53,177 bases of DNA, taken from IMG/VR virus record IMGVR_UViG_3300050498_000174, positions 1 to 53,177 of that record, one strand, 5' to 3'. This stretch comes from a virus. Lineage: Duplodnaviria > Caudoviricetes. The notes under the pieces were generated by a model, which saw nothing but the letters and a program-made list of their open reading frames with translations, had not been told where the DNA came from and ran no database searches. Positions 1 to 8,269 of the stretch are shown here, in pieces (within the stretch, counting starts at the first letter, position 1; each line of letters opens with the position of its first letter). Both the position numbers and the translations under genes were made by a program.

Positions 1-140
1 GCGGCAACGGCATCGGCAACGGCAACGGCAACGGCAACGGCATCGGCAACGGCAACGGCAACGGCATCGGCATCGGCAACGGCAACGGCATCGGCATCGG
101 CATCGGCATCGGCAACGGCATCGGCAACGGCATCGGCAAC
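1..140. repeat. Hexamer tandem repeat (GGCAAC/GGCATC) x23; first 126 bp identical to 53044-53169 (circular junction)
   Basis: Unit-by-unit comparison with the 3' end: identical for 20 units, first difference in unit 21. Confidence 0.95.
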
Positions 141-665
141 GGCAGACCCCTCGCGGACACCGTTCAGCGCCTCACGCCGGGCCGCCCAGCACGCCTCCCG
201 GATCTCCCACAACCGGTCGCGGATTGCCAGCCGGTCCTCACGCGACCGGATCGGCGTCAACCCGCGCAGTTCGGCCGCGAACTCGGTCCTACCTGCGGCG
301 TCAAGCCAAATCGGCGCACCCACCCGGACCGCCCAGTCGACGGCCATCCACCGGCGGGTCTCGTCCAGCCCGTCGCCGGCGGTGCCGTCCAGCGGCGAGG
401 GCTCACCCGCGCGCGGCAGGAAAGCTTTGAGCGCCTGGCGCTTCTCGTCGGGCAGGGCGTCGTTGAGCCGCATCCCGAAGCGGTGCAGCACTGGGGAGAC
501 GCCGGGTGGGCAGGAGTCGGTCTTGCGGCGGCCCAGCAGCAGGTTGTACCACTCCATCAGGCAGGCTTCGGTGTCTTTGCCGCAGGTGGGTGGGTCGCCG
601 TCGTCGGGGTGTGCGCCTTTGTGGAGGGTGACGTCGTCGAGGTTGATCGGGATTACGGCGGTCAT
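1..665 (-). CDS. 5' part of an origin-spanning phage protein with an internal (VA/DA)n repeat; continues 53043->52893. Not in the ORF track
   Basis: ATG at 665 with AAGGA RBS; open frame MTAVIPINLDDVTLHKGAH...ACLMEWYN...RLNDALPDEKRQALK...GSAVADAVADA... Confidence 0.85.
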   Translation of the reverse strand, partial: MTAVIPINLDDVTLHKGAHPDDGDPPTCGKDTEACLMEWYNLLLGRRKTDSCPPGVSPVLHRFGMRLNDALPDEKRQALKAFLPRAGEPSPLDGTAGDGLDETRRWMAVDWAVRVGAPIWLDAAGRTEFAAELRGLTPIRSREDRLAIRDRLWEIREACWAARREALNGVREGSAVADAVADAVADADADADAVAVADADAVAVAVADAVAVAVAVADAVA

Positions 666-808
666 CGTTGGTCCTTTCGGTTGCTCGGCGTGCTCGGCTG
701 GTGGTGGTGGGTCCGCCGCGCCGAGCAGGACGGCGGACCCGGCTTTTGGACGGCGGGTCCCCTGGTCGGGGACACCAACGGACCCGCCTACCGGCCAAAG
801 CCGGATGA

Positions 809-1336
809 TCAGGGAGCGGGATCTTCTTCCTCGGCATCCGGGCCGGGCTCCACGTCGGCGTCCTTCCACAGCCCGGTCTCCCGCACGCACGTGTCCCACG
901 TGATCTCCGCCGGGTTCCGGCCCGCCGCATACTGGTCGTCGGCCCACGTGGCGAGGTGGCCCACCTCGAGTTGGTCGCGCGCGGCTCGAGCGGCCGCCTT
1001 CTGCGCATCTTGTTGCGAGCGCTTGGCCTCGGCTGCCTTGAACTTGATCCGCGCTCGGCGGTTCTCGATCAGGTTTCCGTGCTCGTCGGCGAGTAGCCGG
1101 TCGGGCTCGTAGGCGTACAGCTCCAAGCCGGGAAACACGATGGCGCCCTCCGGCGCGGTCTGCCCGGGACGCTTGCGGCGGGCGACGATCCGCTGTGCGT
1201 GGCCGCGTCGCTCTTTCGCTTCGTCGAAGTCGATCGCCTGCGCGAGTAGGGTGACGAGGCTTTCCTCCACGACGCTGCCGTCCGGGTTGCGGTTGGCGTG
1301 CTGCCATGCCCAGTCGTAGGCGATGTCACTGCGCAT
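809..1336 (-). CDS. Hypothetical phage protein (175 aa)
   Basis: Protein-like composition; start overlaps the end of the upstream ORF. Confidence 0.75.
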   Translation of the reverse strand: MRSDIAYDWAWQHANRNPDGSVVEESLVTLLAQAIDFDEAKERRGHAQRIVARRKRPGQTAPEGAIVFPGLELYAYEPDRLLADEHGNLIENRRARIKFKAAEAKRSQQDAQKAAARAARDQLEVGHLATWADDQYAAGRNPAEITWDTCVRETGLWKDADVEPGPDAEEEDPAP

Positions 1337-2087
1337 GTTCGATTTCCCCTTCCAGGAGATCGACGGCCTTGCGCAGGTCGGCGATCATTTCGGCGGTCAC
1401 CAAACCCTGTGCGCCACGGCGGGAGCCGTGCAGCACGGTGAAGATGAGGGCGCGTACGTCGGTGACGAGGGTTTCGGCTCCTCGCCGGGCGGCTTCGATG
1501 TCTTGCCGCAGGAGGACTTCTTCCTCGTGGGCCTTGCGTTCTTCGGGGTCCCACGCGGGGGGCTTGGGCCGCTCGACGTCTGGCTTGGAACTGTTGTGGC
1601 CGTTGAGGTTCTGCTCGATGCCTGCGACGATCGCGTCGGCGACGTCCTGCCGCGCGGGCATCTCGACTGGTGCGGGGACAGGCTCGGACGTGGGACGCTC
1701 CGGCATCACGGCCGGGCGTCCACGGCCGTCCAACGAGACAACTCGCTCCGGCTGGTCGACTGAACCATTTGTGTTCAGTCGGGAAAGGTCGCGCACGACT
1801 TGCGTCTGACCAATGCCGAGGGCCGACCCGATGGCCCTCGTGGACATGCCGTTCTGCCGCAGCTCGGCCACGGCGGCGGGCCGGTCCGTAAGCGGGATAC
1901 GTATCCCCGACAACTCCGCCATGCAGTACTCGTGCCAGGTCGCATAGCCCAACGCCTGGTCCGCGCGGCCCTCGTACGCCTGCTTGATAAAGGGCAGGAG
2001 GTCGGCGACCCGGGCGCGGATGCCGTCCGTGAGGGTGCGGGCCTGCTCTGCGGTGAGCGCCTTGTCTGCGGTGGCGATCCAACTCAT
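1326..2087 (-). CDS. HTH DNA-binding protein (253 aa)
   Basis: HTH GMSTRAIGSALGIGQTQVVRDL; N-terminal YEGRADQALGYATW motif seen in actinophage early proteins. Confidence 0.8.
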   Translation of the reverse strand: MSWIATADKALTAEQARTLTDGIRARVADLLPFIKQAYEGRADQALGYATWHEYCMAELSGIRIPLTDRPAAVAELRQNGMSTRAIGSALGIGQTQVVRDLSRLNTNGSVDQPERVVSLDGRGRPAVMPERPTSEPVPAPVEMPARQDVADAIVAGIEQNLNGHNSSKPDVERPKPPAWDPEERKAHEEEVLLRQDIEAARRGAETLVTDVRALIFTVLHGSRRGAQGLVTAEMIADLRKAVDLLEGEIEHAQ

Positions 2088-2322
2088 GGCGCCACCTGCC
2101 TTGCGGTCTGCAGCGGCCGGGGCGACTCGTGCGGGGCGCGTGGCGGGTGCGGCTGGCAGGCGGTCAGCGAGAGTGCGGTGACTCCGATCAGCGGTGTGAC
2201 GACGAAGGTCATCAGCACCGCCAGTTGGAGCGGGCAGCTCTTGCCGCCGCGTCCTGGGCCGCCTCCGGCACGGCCGGACGGTCCGCGTCCGGCGCGGCCT
2301 GCGGGGCCGCGGGTACCTCGGC

Positions 2323-2544
2323 TCACGCCGTCACCTCACCGAGGAGTTGCGGCGCTGGGACTTCGAGAACGGCGGCGATGGCTTCCAAGTCAGCGACCGT
2401 CAGGTCGGCGGTGCCGCTCAGTCGGCGCTGGACCTGCATGCGGCCCCAGCCAAGTTGGCGGGCCAGCTCCGACTGGCTGATCTTGCGTTCGTCGAGGAGC
2501 TCTTGGATCGCCTTGATGGCCGGGTGCGTGCGAGTTGTGGTCAC
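2323..2544 (-). CDS. cro: Cro-like XRE HTH protein
   Basis: ISQSELARQLGWGRMQVQRRLSG; divergent from the repressor; probable leaderless GTG at 2544. Confidence 0.85.
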   Translation of the reverse strand: MTTTRTHPAIKAIQELLDERKISQSELARQLGWGRMQVQRRLSGTADLTVADLEAIAAVLEVPAPQLLGEVTA

Positions 2545-2555
2545 GGCATGAGCAT

Positions 2556-2676
2556 TGCACGCTGTGCGTGCAGAACGCAAGCGGGTCGTGCGACGTGTTC
2601 GAAGAATCATCTGAACGGTCAGCGAGCACCCGCGGTATGGGACAGGGTTGACGGCTGCACGGTTTTCGTGCAGTCT
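2556..2676. promoter_or_regulatory. Lysis/lysogeny switch: two operators TGCACG-N5-CGTGCA (2556-2572, 2656-2672) in divergent promoters
   Basis: Palindromes read directly; TTGACG-17-CAGTCT ends 6 nt before the repressor ATG. Confidence 0.75.
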
Positions 2677-2682
2677 GGTCCC

Positions 2683-3081
2683 ATGAGTAACGAGTCGAAG
2701 CTCAGCGCTGTGGCCGCCGAGGAGATCGAGGTCATGCTTGTGCGGCGTCGCATCAACAAGTCTGGTCTGGCGCGCCTACTGGGGGTCTCGCACACCTGGG
2801 TCACCAACCGTCTCAGTGGCCAGCAGGAGATCGGACTCAATGAGCTTCAGCGCATCGCCGCGATCCTCAACGTGGAGGTGACCGACCTGTTGCCCAGAGC
2901 CAGCGAGGGCCGCGTATTAACGACCGGCGGTCAACCTCGGGACGAGCAGGGGCGCGGTATTACCATCCGGAAATTTAGCCTGCCCGAACGGCCAGGGCCG
3001 AACGGACACCCGAAACGGACACAACCCCAACCGTCAACCCGCCGCCCGGGTCGAGTTCTCGCAGCCCACGCCCCATCCTGA
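2683..3081 (+). CDS. Immunity repressor (XRE HTH) with a long low-complexity C-terminal tail
   Basis: INKSGLARLLGVSHTWVTNRLSG HTH; ATG at 2683; directly upstream of the integrase. Confidence 0.85.
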   Translation: MSNESKLSAVAAEEIEVMLVRRRINKSGLARLLGVSHTWVTNRLSGQQEIGLNELQRIAAILNVEVTDLLPRASEGRVLTTGGQPRDEQGRGITIRKFSLPERPGPNGHPKRTQPQPSTRRPGRVLAAHAPS

Positions 3082-3130
3082 CCGGATCATCCGATCCCCC
3101 AATCACTGTGAGCGATGAAAGGGTGACCCG

Positions 3131-3934
3131 ATGGCGAGCGAAGACCTAATCAGGCTCTACCAGGCACACCTGCGCGAACGCGAATGCACCGACGCCACCA
3201 TCCGCACCTTCACCCGAACCCTGCGCGTCGTCGACCGAGACCTGCCCTACGGCCTCGACCTGGCCAACGAGGAAGAACTCCGCGCCTGGATCTGGCGCGA
3301 CGGACTCACCGCCGCCAGCCGCAACTGCTACTACTCGGCCATCCACGGCTTCTTCGCCTGGGCCGTCGAACACGCCGGTGTCCTCGACTTCGACCCCACC
3401 CGCCGCATCGCCCGCCCCAAGGTGCCGCCTCGCATGCCCCGGGTCGCCGCCGACGAACACGTCGCCGCCGTGCTGGCCAAGACCGCCGACCCCTACCTAT
3501 TGTGGGCAAAGATCGCAGCCTACGCGGGTGCCCGCTGCATCGAGATCTTCCGCATGCGCCGTGAACACATCACACCCCAACGCACCATCATCCCACGCGG
3601 CAAGGGCGACAAACCCCGAGCCGTGCCCACCCACCCGATCGTGTGGACGGCCGTCCAGACGCTGCCCGGCGGCCCCATCGTCACCACCCACGACCACGAA
3701 AACGAGATGAGCCGCGACTTCATCGGCCACTGCCAGCGGCGCATCGGCGTGCGTGGCATCTCCCTGCACCGGCTACGCGGCTGGTGGGCCACCAAGATGT
3801 ACAAGCAGACCAAGGACCTCCGCGCCGTGCAGCAGGGCCTGGGCCACGCCAACCCGCGAGAGACCGCAGGCTACATCGACATCGAGGACACCGAACTGTT
3901 CGCGCTCGTACGGGGTCTGCCTACCTTCGGGTAG
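3131..3934 (+). CDS. int: Tyrosine integrase, short form (267 aa, no obvious arm-binding domain)
   Basis: Catalytic R (GARC), K (GKGDK), HxxR (HRLR), LGH, Y (TAGY). Confidence 0.93.
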   Translation: MASEDLIRLYQAHLRERECTDATIRTFTRTLRVVDRDLPYGLDLANEEELRAWIWRDGLTAASRNCYYSAIHGFFAWAVEHAGVLDFDPTRRIARPKVPPRMPRVAADEHVAAVLAKTADPYLLWAKIAAYAGARCIEIFRMRREHITPQRTIIPRGKGDKPRAVPTHPIVWTAVQTLPGGPIVTTHDHENEMSRDFIGHCQRRIGVRGISLHRLRGWWATKMYKQTKDLRAVQQGLGHANPRETAGYIDIEDTELFALVRGLPTFG

Positions 3935-4193
3935 GTCGACGCCGCTCGGGCGGATCCTCCGGCTGCGGCTCGCAGACCGCCTCGATCCGCTGATGCCGGT
4001 CGGCCGGCAAATGCTCCCAGAGTCCGATCACGACAACGTCAATGCCGTCATCGTCCTTGAGCATGCGCAGCACGTCGTCCCAGTCGGTCACGATGGCCAC
4101 GACGTGGTAGCCCCTGCGGACGCAGTACGCGGCGCAGATGGTGATCCAGGGTCTCGCAGCCGGATCTGGGGGTACAAAAATGATCGCTTGCAT
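3921..4193 (-). CDS. Small protein resembling a degenerate serine-recombinase N-terminal domain
   Basis: CAAYCVRRGYHVVAIVTD...VLRML..DGIDVVV pattern; no YxRVS motif. Confidence 0.55.
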   Translation of the reverse strand: MQAIIFVPPDPAARPWITICAAYCVRRGYHVVAIVTDWDDVLRMLKDDDGIDVVVIGLWEHLPADRHQRIEAVCEPQPEDPPERRRPTRR

Positions 4194-4389
4194 TGTGCGT
4201 CTCCCCACCGAAAACAGAGAATCCCGGGGGCCCGCACCGTCCCCGGGGGTAGACACACTGCTCCGGTCTAGATCCAAATGCAAGAGCTACTTGCAAGTTG
4301 CAACACGATTGAGTGACGGCTCAGCGGGGATTCACTCATCCCCTGTTGCGAAGCCACATCCGGCAAACGATGTAACCCGGATGGGGCGT

Positions 4390-4632
4390 CTACTCGACGC
4401 CGGCGGCGCGCAGGATCTGGCGCACCCGCTCCGGCGTGTACCCCGATCGGCGGGTAATCTCGGCCGGGCGCATCCCGTCGCGGGCAGCCTCCACCATCGC
4501 CTCGTGCAGGATTTCCCGCGCCGTCGACTCCCACTCGCGGGCCGCCGAGATGCGGCGCGCAGCTGCACGCTTGGCGGTGTCCACACCGGAGACGGCCTTG
4601 CGGTATTGGTGTGCGGCCTCGTCGAGATCCAC
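4390..4632 (-). CDS. Small HTH regulator
   Basis: AARDGMRPAEITRRSGYTPERVRQIL. Confidence 0.8.
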   Translation of the reverse strand: MDLDEAAHQYRKAVSGVDTAKRAAARRISAAREWESTAREILHEAMVEAARDGMRPAEITRRSGYTPERVRQILRAAGVE

Positions 4633-4654
4633 ACACGGAAGGATGACATTCGAC

Positions 4655-4694
4655 CGTTTGGTCCAAATCATTGGGCCATCGTTTGGGCCAAACG
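4655..4694. promoter_or_regulatory. Three tandem TTGGnCCA(A) operator-like palindromes upstream of the 4390-4632 HTH
   Basis: TTTGGTCCAAA, TTGGGCCAT, CGTTTGGGCCAAACG. Confidence 0.6.
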
Positions 4695-4875
4695 CAACCT
4701 AGACGATTTGGGGTCTCCTGACTACGGTGAGCTGCATGGCGCAACCAGACGGCGGATCGCCCCCCGAGCTGGGAGCTGCCGGGGACGGGCTCACGCCCGA
4801 GCCTGTCCCCACCACCCACCCCGCCGACCTCGCCGAACACGCTGCCCGCCGCGGCATCGACACCGGGAGGCACCC

Positions 4876-5058
4876 ATGTCCCCCACCAACTGGATCATCG
4901 CCGACAACGACATGGTGTCCCGCGGCGACGCCGTCCGCCTCACCGACAACCGCCAAGGCGTGATCATCAAAGTGTCGCCGCGTGGACGGCCGGTGGTCGA
5001 GGTCGACGGTGGTGGCCTGGTGGAGGTCCACCCGATGCGCATCGCCAGCCGGGCCTAA
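4876..5058 (+). CDS. Small beta-rich (SH3/KOW-like) hypothetical protein, 60 aa
   Basis: GGGAGG RBS; GDAVRL..RQGVIIKV..PVVEV pattern. Confidence 0.65.
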   Translation: MSPTNWIIADNDMVSRGDAVRLTDNRQGVIIKVSPRGRPVVEVDGGGLVEVHPMRIASRA

Positions 5059-5095
5059 CGGGACCCCCGTGTGCCAGCCGGCGCCGGCGCCCCCT

Positions 5096-5344
5096 CTATT
5101 TGTGGCCGCGCAGATTGGCGCCCTTCCCCGGGCGCTTCTTCAGCAGCTTGCCGAAGGCGTCGATGTCGCGGGCGGCGTAGAGCGGTGTCCTGGCGTCGAG
5201 GGGGGCGACGGGTTCGGGCGCGTTGGGTTCGCGCGTGAGGTCGCGGCGGAGCCCGGAGGCGGGCATGCCGAGGCGGTCGGCGGCCTGGGCGACGGTGAGG
5301 GCGAGTTTGCCGTTGACGGTGATCCTGATGGCGGGGGTTTCCAC
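5096..5344 (-). CDS. MerR/excisionase-like HTH protein
   Basis: LTVAQAADRLGMPASGLRR...PEP...PLYAARDIDAF. Confidence 0.75.
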   Translation of the reverse strand: METPAIRITVNGKLALTVAQAADRLGMPASGLRRDLTREPNAPEPVAPLDARTPLYAARDIDAFGKLLKKRPGKGANLRGHK

Positions 5345-5363
5345 GGGTTCAGCGTAGCACAGG

Positions 5364-5697
5364 ATGGAGCGCTAACGCTCCGTACTGTCCGGTTTGTCTA
5401 AACGATCTTGCGGTATGTCCCTTTCCCAGAGATCTTTTTCGCCGAGTCCGGCAAATGTGGACATCTTGCATCATCCGTTCGGCCAGCGTTTCGGACATAG
5501 TCAACAGGGTGTAAGGGGATGGCGCCCTAGCGCTCCATACCAAGACGATCTCCGACCGTCACGCGCTGTGATGCCGCCCCGATATGCCCGATTCGTGGCC
5601 CACCTTAAGCGCACCCTCCGCCCTATATACCGCGTGCGCGCCCACGTTCTGCCTGCTCAGTAGCCGGTTGCAGTATGGAGCGCTAGAGCGCCATACT
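5364..5697. promoter_or_regulatory. Three related ATGGAGCGCTA-type palindromic operators (about 5364-5385, 5518-5540, 5673-5696) and a rightward promoter TTGCAG-18-CATACT
   Basis: Copies 2 and 3 are near-identical inverted repeats; copy 3 fills the promoter spacer. Confidence 0.7.
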
Positions 5698-5703
5698 AGT
5701 GAT

Positions 5704-6025
5704 ACAAGTGAACAGCGGGCGAGCCACTCCGACCTGGAGTCACGGAGTAGCCGGAAGTCAAGGAAGCGTCGCCGAGTAAAGACCCAGAACCTGAGCAGCG
5801 CAGGACAAGCCAACTGACGCGGATGAGCAATTCAGGGATGCAGGCAGTGATACGGCGCGGTACCGAAAACGAAACCCGGCGAAACGCCAGGAACCCAGTC
5901 AGCGATGACTGGGACCCCGAGTGAATCGGGGCTCCGAGAAACCTAGATCGCCGCACCAAGTACCGACCAGCTCACCGGCCCCTCACAGACCGGGCGGTGA
6001 GCACGATCCCATGCACCCCAAAAAC
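5704..6025 (+). ncRNA. Candidate structured ncRNA or long leader
   Basis: Follows the promoter; no credible ORF; serial hairpins GGCG-AAA-CGCC, CCCAGTCA-GCGA-TGACTGGG, CCCCGA-GTGAA-TCGGGG. Confidence 0.4.
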
Positions 6026-6038
6026 GAAGGAGATCGCC

Positions 6039-6509
6039 ATGAGCTGCGAGCACTGCACCCACTGCACCGAGAGGGCCCGCAACACGCAAGAGGCCGCCAA
6101 TCTGCACCCGCTCGGTACCCACCTGATCCACCCCGAGCACGGCCACGTCGTGTATTGGCGTAACGACGTCGACCGCGACGGCACCCCCGGCCGTGGCCAC
6201 TACGTGTACCGCGCCGAGCGCAACCTGTTCTACGTCTGGGGCGACGACTTCGAGATCGCCACGATCGACTTCGATCTGCCCGCCTCGCTGACCGCGTCTC
6301 TCGTTGCCGATGGCGAAGCGGACACCCAGCTTGCCGCCGCCTGTGCCGCGCGCCGCCCGTTCCGTCGCGGCCAGCGGATCACCGTCACCTACGCCAACCT
6401 GTACGACGTGCTGCGGCTCGTCTACTGGGTCCGGGACATGGGCGAGAGCCGCACGGCCCGTAGCGCCGCCGCGAAGGTGGCCAAGCAGATCACGGCCGCG
6501 CTCGCCTGA
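6039..6509 (+). CDS. Hypothetical protein (N-terminal CxxCxxC)
   Basis: GAAGGAG RBS before the ATG at 6039; strong GC3 bias. Confidence 0.75.
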   Translation: MSCEHCTHCTERARNTQEAANLHPLGTHLIHPEHGHVVYWRNDVDRDGTPGRGHYVYRAERNLFYVWGDDFEIATIDFDLPASLTASLVADGEADTQLAAACAARRPFRRGQRITVTYANLYDVLRLVYWVRDMGESRTARSAAAKVAKQITAALA

Positions 6510-6634
6510 GCCTCGACCGCGGGGGCCCGGCCAGTCCGGGCCCACAAGGTGGCCGCTCAGCCCAGCAGCTCCACACCCGCCGCGTCGAGCACCCGCTCCG
6601 CCGGCACCCCCCCCGACTGTCCAAGGAGGACACC

Positions 6635-7360
6635 ATGAACACGTTCACCACCCAGGCCCAGCAGTTCGCCGCCGTCTACGCCGGCAAACTCGCCAAGCGC
6701 CAACTGCGCACTATCGCCATCGTCAGCTTCGCCACCAAGCTCATCACCGCCGGCGTCGCGGTCATCAGCTACCGCCACCAGTCACAAACCCTGCTCGGAT
6801 GGGAAGCCCCGGCCGAGATCGCCTACGGGCTGCCCGGCCTGGTCGACCTGCTCACCATCGTCTGCGTCCTGGCCATCTCCACCCCCGCGCTGATCCCCGC
6901 CGCCACCCGCGTCGCCGGCCGGGTGGTCGTCATCCCGGTACTCACCAGCGCCGCGATCAACTTCTGTGGGCACGGCTCGATCGGCGTCAAGCTGGCAGCG
7001 CTCTCGCTGCCGATCTTCATTCCGCTCGGGGAGCTAGTCGGCTCGGTGCTCAAGCCGGACTTCGCCGAGATGGACCGCATCGAGCGCGCCGCCTATGCGG
7101 TTGCCGCCCCGGCCGCCGCGCCGGAGGTTGACGAGCAGGCCAAGGCCCGCCGCTCCGAGATCGCCCGCAAGGCCGCCGCCAAGCGCCGCGAGAACGCCGA
7201 GGCGGCCAAGGCGCAGGCCGAGGAGAAGCGGGATGCGCGCCGCGTGCGGGCCGCCGCCAAGCGCCTCGAGGCGATCGCCCCGACCAGCTCCGGCCACCCG
7301 GCCGTGGTCTTGTCCGCCGCCGACAAGGATGCGCTGGCACACCTGGCCGCCAAGCGCTGA
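6635..7360 (+). CDS. DUF2637/SpdA-like membrane protein with a coiled C-terminus
   Basis: AVISYRH...AYGLPGLVDLL motif; several hydrophobic helices; AGGAGG RBS. Confidence 0.7.
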   Translation: MNTFTTQAQQFAAVYAGKLAKRQLRTIAIVSFATKLITAGVAVISYRHQSQTLLGWEAPAEIAYGLPGLVDLLTIVCVLAISTPALIPAATRVAGRVVVIPVLTSAAINFCGHGSIGVKLAALSLPIFIPLGELVGSVLKPDFAEMDRIERAAYAVAAPAAAPEVDEQAKARRSEIARKAAAKRRENAEAAKAQAEEKRDARRVRAAAKRLEAIAPTSSGHPAVVLSAADKDALAHLAAKR

Positions 7361-7423
7361 CCAGTCCAGTCCCGCCCGGCATCCCCGGGCGGGACTGGCA
7401 CCAACAACATCGCAGAAGGGAAG

Positions 7424-7813
7424 ATGAACCCCATGAACGATCTGTTCGACAAGCTGCGCGCCGCGATCGACGAAGATGAACGCATAGCGCTCAAAGCTGC
7501 CGAACGTGTCGGCCCAAAGTGGACCCTGCGACAGCATGGCTGGCCCGACCCCTACAGCGACGGAATCGGGGCCGAGCGAGGCGACGTCGTCAGCTCGGGC
7601 GAAGTCATGGTTGCTGAAGGCGACCATATCGTTCAGTGGGACCCCCAGGCCGTCCTCGACCTTATCGCTGCACACCGGAAGATCTTGGATTGGTATGAGC
7701 GTCTGATCGCCGCCAACTCGTCCGATCGGGCCGACCTCGCCGAGCGCGCCGCACTGTGGCTCGTGACCCTCATCCTCGCCGAGAGATACGGGATCGAAAC
7801 CGATCCGTCCTGA
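7424..7813 (+). CDS. DUF6221-like phage protein
   Basis: LRAAIDEDERIA...HIVQWDPQAVLDLIAAHRKILD. Confidence 0.7.
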   Translation: MNPMNDLFDKLRAAIDEDERIALKAAERVGPKWTLRQHGWPDPYSDGIGAERGDVVSSGEVMVAEGDHIVQWDPQAVLDLIAAHRKILDWYERLIAANSSDRADLAERAALWLVTLILAERYGIETDPS

Positions 7814-7820
7814 GCATACG

Positions 7821-7863
7821 AAAGAGCGCCGCCCTCCACATCGGAGGGCGGCGCTCTTTGTTG
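7821..7863. terminator. Bidirectional intrinsic terminator
   Basis: AAAGAGCGCCGCCCTCC-acatc-GGAGGGCGGCGCTCTTT between convergent operons. Confidence 0.9.
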
Positions 7864-8017
7864 TGGCAGCTCGTGTGTGCGATCGCCGAGCGCATTTGTT
7901 GATCTCACATGTGGGTGGCCTCAGGCGCGCCCGCACAAACCCGGCCTCAAAAGCTGGGGAGGGCGAGCGCGGGGAGGCGCCCGCCCGAGCAACCCTCTGG
8001 TCGTGGGTGGACCCAGT

Positions 8018-8269
8018 CTAGTCGAGCGCCGCCCGCACGAAGCAGTCCTTCGCCTCCAGCAGCTTGCGCAGCCCGGCCGACAGCTCGGGGCTGTCGGCCA
8101 ACTCACGCACCATCTCCAGTGCGATCAGGCCGATCGGCGCGCTGAACACCTGCAGATGCTCCGGTAGGTGCGCCCAGGCGAAGTAGCGCATGATGCTGAC
8201 CGTGTCGGGATGGCGGCCCTCCACGGCCGCGGCGAACGCCTCGCGGGTACCCGCCGGATGCCCGCTCAC
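8018..8269 (-). CDS. Conserved phage hypothetical protein
   Basis: FAWAHLPEHLQ...AGLRKLLEAKDCFVRAAL family motif. Confidence 0.8.
   Translation of the reverse strand: MSGHPAGTREAFAAAVEGRHPDTVSIMRYFAWAHLPEHLQVFSAPIGLIALEMVRELADSPELSAGLRKLLEAKDCFVRAALD

Noticed and set aside
1-140. Terminal repeats as physical DTRs, telomeres or a CRISPR array
   Set aside because: Six-bp units with no spacers, inside a coding frame; the end identity is best explained by assembly overlap of a circle
4195-4389. AT-richer gap with TTGCAAGTTGCAA and a CATCCGG/CCGGATG stem as attP
   Set aside because: Plausible, but no core or arm repeats can be defined without a host sequence; not called
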